From NCBI GenBank assembly GCA_951406725.2, contig OX597826.1, positions 32,488,001-32,552,000 on the forward strand: a stretch of DNA of 64,000 nt, read 5' to 3'. Both the position numbers and the translations under genes were made by a program. Under the pieces are notes generated by a model, which made no database searches, was not told the DNA's origin, and saw only the letters and a list, made by a program, of their open reading frames with translations. Positions 1-12,751 of the stretch are shown here, piece after piece (the stretch's first letter is position 1; the number at the start of each line of letters is the position of its first letter). The stretch comes from Octopus vulgaris. Its lineage: Eukaryota.

Positions 1-484
1 TTATTTAACTTGACATCTCTTATCAAAGTATAGCAAACCGCAACAGCTTCTGGTCCCTTGTCAGTTCCTCAAAGATTTATAATCTTGTGAAACTCAGGGA
101 GGCACCAGAAACTGTTGCAAAGATATAAAAATTACTCTAGTGATATAATACTGATCACGTCATCAAAATCTTCAAGCTGTGAGATGCTCTTTCTGTTCTC
201 AACCCATTTTTTCAACCAATTTTTCAAGTAATTTTATTTTTTATTCTCTTGTCCTTCGGAAGTGCTGAGTGATGGGGCATGTTATCAATGGGTTCCACAA
301 ATATCACAACTTCATTTTGTCCAACAGATGACAAAGAAAGATGTGAAATGTCAACATTTGCACACTCATGCAGGAAAACACACACATGCATATATATACA
401 AACATATACATATATACATGCATACATTACATACGTACACACATACACACTCACACACACACACACACACACAAACTCGCATAC

Positions 485-1027
485 ACATGTGGAAATCACA
501 GCCTACAAAGAGCAAAGACGTGGTATGAGAAAACCCCAGAAGGAATCACCGAGAATGTGAATTACAAAATCCTGTGGGATGCCAATGATCCAGCGTGATT
601 CCCCAACCAGAAATCAGAAACTGGACATTGGGGTGAATAAAAAAGAAAGAACATGTATGATAATCGACATAGCATGCCCCAGTGACAGCAGGATCAAGAT
701 GAAAGAAGAAGAAAAAATAAACAACTATGACGATTTGAAGTGGGAAATACGAAAGTTGTGGTCCATGAAGAGAGTAGAAATGATACCAATAGTAATTGGT
801 GTACTTGGAAGTATCAGCACTCAACTACCAACATGGTGGATTAAGATTAGATGCAAGTGTGATGGTAGAACTCTTACAAAAATCAGCATTGCTTGGAACT
901 GCAAGAATTCTTAGTAGTGTTCTTGAAGCGTGACCAGTACACAAGTGTCACCTTAGTCTGCTGGCTGTGGACAGCTGACACTTGCCATCATACCCAGCAA
1001 GATAAGCTGTGAGTTTTCATATTAAAA
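485..1027 (+). mobile_element. 3' fragment of an R4/Dong-type non-LTR retrotransposon (restriction-like endonuclease domain + 3' UTR), frameshifted
   Basis: Translates across frameshifts to ...WYEKTPEGITENVNYKILWD/MIQRD..NQKLDI..CMIIDIACPSDSRIKMKEEEKINNYDDLKWEIRKLW..IPIVIGVLG. This is the (K)PD-x-D / KxxxY / PIVIGALG pattern of RLE domains. Followed by an (AAT)n tail at 1028-1068. Confidence 0.85.
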
Positions 1028-1068
1028 AATAATAATAATAATAATAATAATAATGATAATAATAATAA

Positions 1069-1409
1069 TGAGATAATTGACTTTACTGTACCAAATGAGG
1101 AGAAAATCAATATGAGATGTATAGAGAAAATAGCAAATCACCAGGACTTAGCAATTGAATTACAGAAACTATGGGAAGTTCAGATAAAATGAATCCCAGT
1201 AGATATAGATGAATTGGGAATAATCCCTAAAGATTTGAAGAGATGGATAGAGGAAAAAGGCATAAACCCAGTTTAATACAGCTCCAGAAAATTGTGTTAA
1301 TAGGGAGAGCTAGGATACTTAGGAGGGTTCTTGGCAACTAAGGTTACTTGTTGTTGGCCGATGATAGGAATATTTCTTTTCAAACAGTCTAATCTGTTGT
1401 GAGTATATG
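1069..1409 (+). mobile_element. Second, divergent R4/Dong-type RLE 3' fragment inserted in (TAA)n
   Basis: IIDFTVPNEEKINMRCIEKIANHQDLAIELQKLWEVQIK*IPVDIDELGIIPK...LQKIVLIGRARILRRVLGN*. (AAT)n on both sides. Confidence 0.8.
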
Positions 1410-1455
1410 AATAATAATAATAATAATAATAATAATGATAATAATAATAATAATA

Positions 1456-1510
<55 letters not shown>

Positions 1511-1595
1511 GGATAATAATAATTATAATAATAATAATGATGACAATAATAATTATAATAATAATAATGATGATGATGATAATAATAATAATAAC

Positions 1596-1633
<38 letters not shown>

Positions 1634-1670
1634 CGATGACAATGAATATGATCATGGTGATGATGATGAC
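1410..1670. repeat. (AAT)n/(GAT)n microsatellite
   Basis: Directly visible; source of the poly-N and poly-I ORFs. Confidence 0.95.
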
Positions 1671-3339
1671 AAAAATAAGAATATGACAGTGGTTTTATAT
1701 ATTGACTATATTTGTGATATGTTTAATTGATTGCTATACAATGTAATTCTTATACATAACACCTTAGACCTGCTAGATATGAAAATAATACATTAAGTGG
1801 ATGAAATATCTTTAACAGTATTCTGAAGAATATTCTCTCAAGAGGAAAACCGAAATATAAAATATAATGGCTGTAATTTTTGTCAGACTTTTTTTTTTAT
1901 ATTTAGTTGATATAGATATTGTTGTTATTGTTGGTGGTGGTGAATAGCTTAAATTATTTTATGTTTTACTTGAAGCGTCAACAATTCTCGGCAATCAGTA
2001 TGAGCACGACAACTTTATTATAAACATCAGCTCACAAAAAAAAAAAGAAATGTCAAAAAGAAACCCCCCCAAAATAAACAAAAATAGTTTGTGATCTTCT
2101 AACGAGTAACTTTTTAAGAGAAAACGAATTCACCATTGAAAATAGAGATAGAAATGCATTGCAATGATTCAAGTTGTAATAAAGAAGGTTTAAAGCGTTC
2201 TATTTTGACAATAAACCTGTCTTGAAGACTCCGGAATATCTGTAAGCAGTGATATTATGAGGAAATTACAACTTGGTTTTGCCATTAGTCTGATGGCATT
2301 ATTTCCCTCTATAATAGCTACAGACAAAAAATGGTGACCATAGTCAAAGATTAGAGTTAATATCAAACTAAAAGCTTTCTATATTTTTAAAATATTTTTT
2401 TTGCTGTTGTTGTTGTTGTTGTTTTGTCTCTTTCCAATTATTCATCTTACTTTTTTCTTTGATAAAAATTTTTTTCTTCAGTTTTTAACTCTTTTTATTT
2501 TCTTCTTCGTCAGAAGTATTAGTAAAAAACAAACAGAAAAAATGATACAAAGATTTAAATGTTAATTAAATCATATAAAACATAGATAATTAATAAAAAC
2601 ATCTCTTGCATAAAATGCGATATATATATATATACACACACATATATATATATATACATATATACATACATATATATATAGACATATATATATATACATA
2701 TATACACACATACATACATATATATGTATACACATATGCAACAGATATTAAATGATGATATATATATATATACATATATATGTATATACATACATTCATA
2801 CATACATATATGCATACATACACACATACATACATACAAATGTTTCAAAATTCCTCTTTTCTCCTTAATCTTATCACTACTGCTGCTACAGCTGTTTCTG
2901 TCATTTTTAATGACAAATGTTTTATGCTGCAATGCATCTCACTTCTTTATCACCTCATCTTTGAGGTTCAATGTTCTCAAACTTGTTTCAAATATTTTCT
3001 AACAACCATTCACTCACTAGTTTACTTTTACCAGTAATATCGTCCTGCACCATTTCATATAAAAAAAACTGAGAAAAAAAATAGTAATAATAATGTTCAT
3101 GCGTATGATATTCAGTTTATTTGCATCTAAGCTTTTAAGAAAAATGTCTGAAAAAGAAGATTTAAATACAGCTCTGTGTAGCCAGATGTTGCTTGCAAAA
3201 GTGTATAGGTTGGTAATGTGTGCAATACATTTATTTATTATTTTAGGTGTCTATATATTCATGAATAGACACAAAGACTTTTGAGCCAATGAAACATCAA
3301 GAATGAGGCAGCAGGAGAGAGAGGGGGGTTGCATTAAAA

Positions 3340-3492
3340 CTTAGTTGGTACTTATTTACAGCTGAGTAGAATGGGAAAACATGAAATGAAGTGTCTTGCT
3401 CAAGAACAAAATCCACTACCCAGACATTAAATTGATCCTATAACATTATGGATATGAGACAAACACAGTAACCACCCAGCCATGTGACTTCA
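3340..3492 (-). mobile_element. tRNA-derived SINE, family C, decayed
   Basis: Reverse complement contains ttgttcttgagcaagacacttcatttca, shared with the copies at 7140, 48163 and 54775. Confidence 0.6.
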
Positions 3493-3944
3493 CTTGAAGA
3501 GGAAGATATGCTGTGATGTTCTTTAAAAGAGCCTTCTTTTGTCACTTAAACTGAATCAATAAGAAATTTGATATGGATTTGCTCTCAGAGTCGTTTGTAA
3601 ATAGAAAAGCTTCATCATATTTTCAAATTTACTTAGATACTGTAGAATCTACTTATTGTAATCACACTTTAAGATGAAGCTATTTTGATGACAATAATGA
3701 GCAAAGAACATTAAGTGAATGCTATAACAAATTAGTGAACCTTGATTCTAATAAATGAAAAATTATAAATTCAATTAACATTTTTCAATTAATAATTCTT
3801 AATTCATATTCAGTTATTGAAGGGATTCACTAATTTTGATAACAATAACCACATAATATTATCTGTAATTGAAATCAATATCTTCCTTGGTATGTTTGCA
3901 TACATAAACATACACACAGTTATATGTGTGTATATATACTGCTA

Positions 3945-4240
3945 GATTTTAAAGAGAAACGGAAAATAATCTCAGAGATATTTTACAATGTTCATTCCAA
4001 CAACTGTTTCAATAACTTTTACATAATGTTTAACAATAATAATCATATAATTATAATTAAGTAACATGTAAGAATCATAGACACAATCAGGGATTTTAAA
4101 ATATTTTCAAAGATCTCTGATGAGTCTTGCATTCTATATAATCATAGTTGATATTCTAACATTCCGTAAGAATTATTAAAACAGATTTATGATTGAATAT
4201 TTTGTAAAATTTCTGAAATTGTGTTCTGTTTTTCTTTCAA
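3945..4240. repeat. Degenerate fold-back element (~130 bp arms) with a hammerhead-like CTGATGA relic
   Basis: tcagagatattttacaatgttcattc..ctgtttcaataac (3972-4016) mirrors attattaaaacag..gattgaatattttgtaaaatttctga (4172-4216). CTGATGAG at 4117. Confidence 0.55.
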
Positions 4241-4419
4241 ATGTGTTTTGCTCTTCTCATCTGCTATTGCTTATTCTCTAGTATATACAACAGCTAAGAC
4301 CAACATCACCACAACTGCCACCATGAACGTCAACTATTACATCTGTAAGGTGTCTAGGCATAAGTATAGCATACTTTTGTTTTCATTTTTCTCGTTTGAC
4401 CTCCCTAGACAATAATAAA

Positions 4420-4468
<49 letters not shown>

Positions 4469-4528
4469 CATGTGCATATATGGGTACAGAATGTCACCAA
4501 CAGTAAACAACATGAAATACGAAAACAA

Positions 4529-4578
4529 ATGAGTTCAATATGCAAACAACTTGTCCTGTTTTCCATTTGTTTCTCTCA

Positions 4579-4622
<44 letters not shown>

Positions 4623-4667
4623 TGAGAGAAACAAATGGAAAACAGGACAAGTTGTTTGCATATTGAA

Positions 4668-4672
<5 letters not shown>
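4529..4672. repeat. Perfect 144 bp palindrome: 53 bp arms around (TA)19
   Basis: atgagttcaatatgcaaacaacttgtcctgttttccatttgtttctctcactg (4529-4581) is the exact reverse complement of 4620-4672. The spacer is itself self-complementary. Confidence 0.95.
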
Positions 4673-4722
<50 letters not shown>

Positions 4723-4730
4723 ATATATCT

Positions 4731-4761
<31 letters not shown>

Positions 4762-5611
4762 TGCATATATATATATTATTTATATTATTATTTGATTGAA
4801 CACCATGCATCCATTTCCAAGTAGGTTTATCTCCCTAGACAATATTTTTATAACTGTGGTTGTGTTGTGGATTATTAGAAAATTTTCATAACAATGTCTG
4901 GAACTTATTTTTAATTAATTTTGAATAAACAGCTTTTGACCCACGAATTGTGATAACAATAACCATTTGATAACATTATCCCTAACTATATAATTGGCAG
5001 CGTCCTCTATATACATATATATTAGTGTAAATATGGCAAATAGAAATAATATCGACATAATCCTTTTAATGTCAAATAAGGAGTAATCAACTGAATCATT
5101 AGTGGCCTAATTAACAAAACATACCATTGTTATCTTAATTGTTAGTTATGTTCTTTAATAGTTTCAATGTTTCTTTAAATACTTTCTGTCGAGAGTAACT
5201 AGGTGGCTTTGAAATACAATAGTCATGTTAAAGGATAAATTTATAAGTCGTTTCATTCCATAACCTCAATATATTTAGGTCACTTTTGGGGTTTGTAAAC
5301 CCTTTGATTAGATGCCTTGTTTGATGGGCCCAATTTTGTTTGATTCTTTCTCTAAAAGATGTGAATGTGGGTAGTTGCCTGGCTTTATGCTTTTGGCTCA
5401 CTAATTAGCAAAAGCATCAATATCTTCAACTATAAACATAAAACTGTGGTAACCCAGTTTTGTGTTTTCCATGGCTACAATAAAATGAAATCACGTCAGC
5501 TAAAGCATACATGTATGTACAAAAGATTAAATTGTAAGGGTTTCACGTCAATGTTTTGTGTAATTTGGTAAACCCAAAAATATTGCTTGAAATAAATAAA
5601 TCATATTAGCA

Positions 5612-5993
5612 CAGCCATGACTGTACAGTTAATAAGCTAACTTTACAACAACACGATTTGGGGTTCAGTTCCACTGCACAGCATCCCATGTAAGTGTATT
5701 CTGCTATAGCTGTGGGCAGACCAATGTCTTGCAAGTGAATTTAGTAGGCAAAAACTGAGTAGAAGCCTGCCATGTATGTATGTATGTATGTATGTATGTA
5801 TGTATGTATGTATGTATGTATGTATGTATGCATGTATGTATGTATGAATGTATGTATGTATGTATGTATGTATGTATGTATGTATGTATGTATGAATGAA
5901 TGTATGTATGTCTGTATGTATATCTGTATGTATGTACATCTATCAATCTATCTATCTATCTAGCTAGCTATCTAGCTATATGTAGGTATATGT

Positions 5994-6059
<66 letters not shown>

Positions 6060-6287
6060 ATATGTCTGTGTATATATATCTTTGTTTGAGTGTCTTTGTC
6101 TCTGTTTTTGACACCACCACTGGCCTGGGAAACTTTCTTGGTTTGTTTACATCCCTGTAACATTAACAGAACCAGAGTTAAAAAGAAAAAAATGTGTACC
6201 AGGATCAATTGTTCCACTAAAATCTTTCAAGTTGGTGCCCCAGCATGGCCGCAATCCAATGACTAAAACAAGTTGAAGATAAAAGAT
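5612..6287 (+). mobile_element. tRNA-derived SINE, family B, with internal microsatellite expansion
   Basis: gggttcagttccactgc (B-box-like head), caagtgaatttagtaggcaaaaactga body, and ggtgccccagcatggccgcaatccaatgactaaaacaag tail shared with other copies. Confidence 0.7.
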
Positions 6288-7139
6288 ACAGACTTATAGT
6301 TTCTCTTTATGTAGTTCTTAGAAAGATTTGTTAGAGAACACTAATGAGGGTAAATGAAATCAGTTTTGGAGATCAGCAACGATTAGAAGGCGGATCGTTA
6401 AGACCAAAAATATAAAAAAAAATATACGATTAGTTAAGAATTGACAAAGAACAAATGGTGTTAAGGAAACTTTGTTTTCGAAGGAAAATGATAGAGAAAA
6501 GAGATTTTCATTATCATGACAAGGTATGCAGTGAAGAATAGTTGGTAGTTTATGAAGACTGAGAGGAAAACAGGAAGAAATCATTGAAGGTAAGTGTGGG
6601 AAGAAGAATTGAGATTTGATATTCATGTCTGAAGAACAAGAGTTATGGATGATTGCACCAACACTAAATGAGAAACATGTATTTGCATATTCCCAGAATA
6701 TACTTGCTTGTTGTACAATTTATTATATGATATTATGAAATACATTTAACTCATGAATTTATTGTATACACATACATATATGTGTATATGTGTATACACT
6801 CACACACACACACACACACATTTAATTTGTGTATTAAGGCTACCATTGGTTTCATATTAACAGATACCTCAACACTTATTAAGCCTATCATGTGGAACAT
6901 TAATGTTCATCTCCATTTTGGATTAAAAAGAGAACACACATGGCATTTGATGATGAACATCTAACATACATGATGCCTTCATTGTTGTTTACCTAACTAT
7001 GAACTCTATGTTATAGTACCTAGCCATTTCTGGCATCCTACCTGTTGAGGTGCAGAGGTTTTATTGAATCCTTCTAATTTATAAACATATATATATGTGT
7101 GTGTTTGAGTGTGTGTGTGTGTGTGTGTGTATGTGTGTA

Positions 7140-7290
7140 GGTTCATGGCTTAGTGGTTAGGATGTTGTATTCTTGATACTAAAATTGTGGTTTCGATTCC
7201 TGGACTGGGTGATACATTGTGTTCTTAAGCAAAACACTTTATTTCATGTTGCTCCAGTCCACTCAGCTGGCAAAAATGAGTAACCCTGAG
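7140..7290 (+). mobile_element. SINE family C
   Basis: catggcttagtggttag (A box), ggtttcgattcc (B box), gtgttcttaagcaaaacactttatttcatgttgctccagtccactcagct body. Confidence 0.7.
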
Positions 7291-7468
7291 ACATGGCATA
7301 AGTATTCCCACTTATCTGAGAGGCGGTGGGGGGCGGGATATATGTGCTACAACATCATCATCATTTAATGTCCATTTTCCATGCTAACATCGGTTGGACA
7401 GAATCTGGAAAACTAGTCTTATTGCTCAGGAAGGACGTTTGATCCTTTGATATATATATACTCATCTG

Positions 7469-7637
7469 AAGGCTGTGAGCTGGCAGAAACGTTAGCATGT
7501 GGAGTGAAATGTTTAGTGGTATTTTGTCTGTCATTATGTTCTGAGTTCAAATTCTACTGAGGCAAACTTTACCTTTTATCCTTTAGGGGATCGATAAATT
7601 AAGTACCAGTTGCATACTGCCTAGAATAGAAAAGGAT
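7469..7637 (+). mobile_element. SINE family A (tRNA head + Nin/Deu-like central domain)
   Basis: gagctggcagaaacgttagc head, gagttcaaattc B box, cctttt(a)tcctttaggggatcgataaattaagtaccag domain. Confidence 0.75.
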
Positions 7638-7715
7638 ATATATGTGTGTGTGTGTGTGTGTATGTGTGTAGACACATACACATATACATACACACACACA
7701 TACATGCATGTATAC

Positions 7716-7753
<38 letters not shown>

Positions 7754-7789
7754 ATGTGAATGAGCTTTCTTGGTTTGCATTGATTTGTA

Positions 7790-8125
7790 ACTCATGGCTC
7801 AGGTGATTAGTTTCAGGCTGACAGTCATGAGGTAGTGGATTCAATTCCTGGACCAGGCTGTGTTTGTGTTGCCTTCTTGAGCAAGATACTTTGTTTCATA
7901 TTGCTCCAGTTTACTCAGCTGAAGAAATGAGTTGTGAAGTCACTGGTGCCAACCTGTATCAGTCTTTGCTTTTCCTCGGATAACATCAATAGTGCAAAGA
8001 GATGAGGTTGCTATGCATGAGCAACTGCTGGTCTTCCATAAACAACCTTACCCAAAGGTGTGCCTTGAAGGGGAACTTTCTATTGTAATCCCATGGTCAT
8101 TCATGATTGAAGGGGGTCTTTACCC
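7790..8125 (+). mobile_element. SINE family C, long form
   Basis: Collinear with the better-preserved copy at 48163-48440 (ctgctggtcttccataaacaacctt, aatcccatggtca). Confidence 0.7.
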
Positions 8126-8496
8126 TATATAATGCATATTAATACAAGCATGTAAACCTAATTTTATTCAACACTGAAATTATTACTACATGAAAAAGGT
8201 AGTGAAACAGCTGTAACCTTAAGGATGTCAAATAGTTAAATAAATACATCCATCTCTCTTATCTCCTGATGTTTTATGGCAGACACACACACACATATGC
8301 ATACACTCACACACACACACACATAATTCAAAGAGAGTTAGAGGTTGTGAATCCAACCAACTAAGGGATAATATCTATCCAATATACTGCTGGTAGAATA
8401 CCCAATTATTAATACACAAGTGTTGGTTATTGTGTGGCAATTACTCTACTGAGTATAATAATTAGGCGAGGGTAATAAGTGGTTTTACCCTTAATT

Positions 8497-8696
8497 TATA
8501 TGGTAAGAAGAAAATGGAGGGGATCCAGAGGTGGTATGCATTAGCTGTTAGACATTATATTATGTCTATTTCTTTAAAACAATTCTGATAATATGTATAC
8601 ATGTGTAAAGTACCAGTAATTTCTAGAATGGAATATAATGTTTAACAGCCGATGCATACTACCTCTGGATTCCCTCCATTTTCTTCTGGCCATATA
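8497..8696. repeat. Fold-back element with 65 bp inverted arms
   Basis: 8497-8561 vs reverse complement of 8632-8696: about 58/65 identical; 70 nt spacer; abuts (TA)n. Confidence 0.85.
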
Positions 8697-8698
8697 TA

Positions 8699-8738
<40 letters not shown>

Positions 8739-10739
8739 AACACATACACATATACATATACATTACAATCATCAACATCTGACATCTTCTTAGTTTCAAT
8801 AACACCTTTCTTATTCGATATACAATACTCCTTCTAAATCCTTTATTTCTTTTACAAGGTAGAGACACTAATTGCTGTATACAATTCATTAATATCATTA
8901 ATTGCAGCCTGCACTTCAAATTAACAATGGATACTCTTCTTAGAAAAATGATACGCACACTTTCTTAAACGCAAATGTATATACATGCCATGAAACACAA
9001 TAGAAACTTGTGAATTAGTAGACATCTAATAGAAAGACACTTAACAATCCTCCTGGTTCACTAATGATTTAAATGTTTCTTCTTTTATTTTTGTTTCTTT
9101 TGTAATAAAAACAGAACTATTTATTATATTTGATGTGTCTGTACACTTTATAAATGCATTAAACGCATATGATACATAATTCGATGAGTTACAATAACAG
9201 AACTAGACTGGAAATATAAGCAGATATTGCTAGGAGCTTTTAATAACACTCAGGCCATTTGCTGTTGTTTGAGTGGCTCTGAGATATCATCCAGGTTCAT
9301 CATAAATGCAATAAAGATGATCAAAGACCTGACCGTCAATGGGAATCAATTAGAGTTATCACCATTGTGAAATCATTGATATTTGCTCGATATTGCATAT
9401 TTGTGCGACTACTATGGCTATTGATACATATATGTATGGTGATGATGATGATGATGATGTTGATGATGTTGACGATGACGACGATGATGGTGATGAGGAT
9501 GATGACAACGATGATGACTGTGGCGATGTCGGTGACGATGATGAGCATGATGACGATAACGATGATGACGACGACAATGATGATGATGATAATGATGATG
9601 ATGATGATGATGTTGGTGGTGGTGGCAGTGAGGGTGGTGGCGATGGTGTTGCTGCTAACTCACTCTATGGGAACCAGAATAATGAATAAATGCTTGATGG
9701 AAATATTTTCTTTTAATTACTTGCTCGCGGACAATATAGAAATGAATGAGCGATAGAGTTGCTTTGTTCTTTTGTCATATTCATTATTCGTTCCTTAATT
9801 TAATAATTGTTTTGTAGACATCTTTAAGTCATAATCATTAATGTAGCTATGTATGAAAGCGCCAATCTAACACCACTGATTTTCATCTTGTAATGACTAG
9901 GCCCACAGTTAACTAAAAATAAGAGTTTTATTAATTTCTTTTAAAACAAAAGACTAAATCATTATTTATTTATGTTTACCTGCTTAAAGTTCAGGTGTGT
10001 TTCTCTCCCTCTCCCTTTCTCTCTCTCCCCTCTCTCTCCCTCACAGACACGCTCTCATTTTCTGTTGCAATTATACAGTATGAAAAATATGCGTCAATAA
10101 TTTTCATATTTATTGCTATTATTATTATTGTTGTTGTAAGTCTTCTTCTCCTTCTGATTATTATTACTATTATTATTGTTATTATTATTAGTTTGCAGAA
10201 CTGCGATTAGGCATGATATAACAAACTTTAATCATTGAATGTGAGTGCATAAACTTTGAAAATAAAAATATTATAATAATAATAACATAATAATAAGAAA
10301 TAATATTCTTCACTCTTATCTGCAATTACTTAGATAAGAGTGAAAATAAAAATTTCTTGTAATGCTTGAAACTAGAGTCAAAGATGTTTACTATTGTGGA
10401 ATGGAAATATTAGAAACATGATAATTGCTTTAAAAAAAAACCATATCTCAACCGAAAGGCCCTCTGATAAGTAAAATACCATCAAGTACTAACAACTACA
10501 CCAGCCATAGAGTACTCAATACGTGCATACATACATACATACATACGTACATACATACATACCTACATACACACAAAAACACACATATACACATACATAT
10601 CTACATACATATATATATATTTATACATATATATGTTTGTATATATTTATATATATACGTATATATATTTATATATATACATATATATTTATATATACAT
10701 ATGTATATATATATATTTATATATATATACATATACATT

Positions 10740-10771
<32 letters not shown>

Positions 10772-11259
10772 TGCATATATAAATACACACATATATATAT
10801 ATGTATTTATATATAAATATGGACGTTAAATGATGATGGTAATGATATATGTATATATATATATATACATATTTATACATATACATTTCTATATCTCTCT
10901 ATATATGTCTATATCTATATATAGATATATGTATATATACATATATGTTTGTGCATGTGTGTGTATATATATATATATATGTTTATATACGCCCAAACAT
11001 CACTTTTGTTTTTTTGGTGCATGTTTAAAATAATCGTAGTGGATAAAGATTTAGACATTACCGATTTTGTTTCTTCAGATGTGTCTAGCACTAAAAACCT
11101 ATTCTTCCACTTTCTACAAAGATAAAGCATAAATGTTTAACAAGTTACTGTCTATCTTTTCGTTTTACTCGCCGGATAATGAATTTGTTTTCAATTGGTA
11201 GAGTAAAGGCGGGTGGATTCTCTGTCATACTCAATGATGTACCTTCAATTTCCTCCTTT

Positions 11260-11660
11260 TCTTTTACTTGTTTCAGTCATTAGAATACGACCATGCTGGG
11301 GCACCATCTTGAAGAATTTTATTTTTATTTGAATGAATTAACTCAATCCTTACTGTATATTTTTCTTTAAACCCGGTACTTGTTCTATCAGTTGCTGTTT
11401 GCTGTACTGCTATTTTACGAGGGTGCATACACACCCTAACAGACTGACAAGCAGTGGTATAGACAAGCACACATACACACACACATACACACACACACAT
11501 ACAAAGGACTTCTTTCAGTTTCCGTCTACCATATCCTCTCACAAGACTTTGGTCAGCTCGGGGTTATAGTAGAAGGCAATTTCCCAAGGTGCTGTGCAGT
11601 GGGATTGAATCCAGAACCTTGTGGTTGGGAAGTGAACTTCTTACTACACAACCACATGTG
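11260..11660 (-). mobile_element. SINE family B
   Basis: cttgtttcagtcat..ccatgctggggcacc..cttctttcagtttccgtctacc..gcagtgggattgaatccagaacc. Confidence 0.75.
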
Positions 11661-11674
11661 CACCTAAATTCTAT

Positions 11675-12248
11675 TGACCAGTGAAATAAAAGACAAAGTT
11701 GACCCCAGGGGAATTTGAAACCAGAATGTAAGGAGTTGGAAGTAATTACCTCAAGCATTTAGTCTGACACAAACAATTCTAACTAACCTTCATAATAATA
11801 ATAATCCTTTCTATTATAGGCACAAGGCCTGAAATTTGGTGGGGAGGGGCCAGTCAATTAGACCAACCCCAGTACACAACCAGTACTAAATTATCGACCC
11901 TGAAAGGATGAAAGGCAAAGTTGACCTCGGTGGAATTTGAACTCAGAACATAGTGATGGGTGAAATACCACTAGGCATTTCATTCAGCGTGCTAATGGTT
12001 CTGCCACCTCAGCACATTTCTGCCAGCATACCACCTTCTCCATAATAATAATAATGGCTTCAAATTTTGGCACGCAGCCACCAGTTTCTGGGTTGAGGCT
12101 AAGTTGAGTAAACTGGCCCCAGTACTCAACTGGTACTTAATTTATTGACCCCAAAAGGATGAGAGGTTAAGTTGACCTTGGCAGAATTTGAACTCAGAGT
12201 GTAATGCCATGAAGCATTTTGCCTGGCTTGCTAATAATTCTGCCAGTT
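11675..12248 (-). mobile_element. Three consecutive family A SINE copies or fragments separated by (TAA)n
   Basis: Repeated aaag(tt)gacc..gaatttgaa(ctc)aga motif near 11700, 11920 and 12170; TAA runs at 11792-11804 and 12042-12054. Confidence 0.75.
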
Positions 12249-12751
12249 ATAATTCTCTTATTCATCTATATTCTTCTGTATGTTTCAGCCGTGAAGCTGT
12301 GGCCATGCTGGGGCACCACCAGTGTAATAATAATAATATTTTGAAATATTTTTTGCTGCTTGTTTCTATAAAATGCTACGAGCATTTTGTCAAGTATCTC
12401 AAATACTTAGAAACCCTCAGCTTAACTAAAAAGCCCCAAAAGGTGTTGAAGTGAAAAACAAGAAAAAACAAAAAAAGCAAAAATATCAACTGCTCCAGGA
12501 ACATTACAGACACTTCACTGGAATAAAACAACAAGAGTTGATATTAGAAGCTGAACAGAGCTTTCCATCTAAACTTGTACTTTATTGATTGGCAGCATAC
12601 ATGAATGAATTCCTATAATTCAATAAATTTTTGTGCTAAGAAACAGATATGATATAAATTTGACTCTTGTCAGTTCTCCAGATTGAGCTTTGGTGCTTAA
12701 CATTTCCTCCAAGAAGTTATATCTATCCAATTACTTGAAGGAAATAAATGG

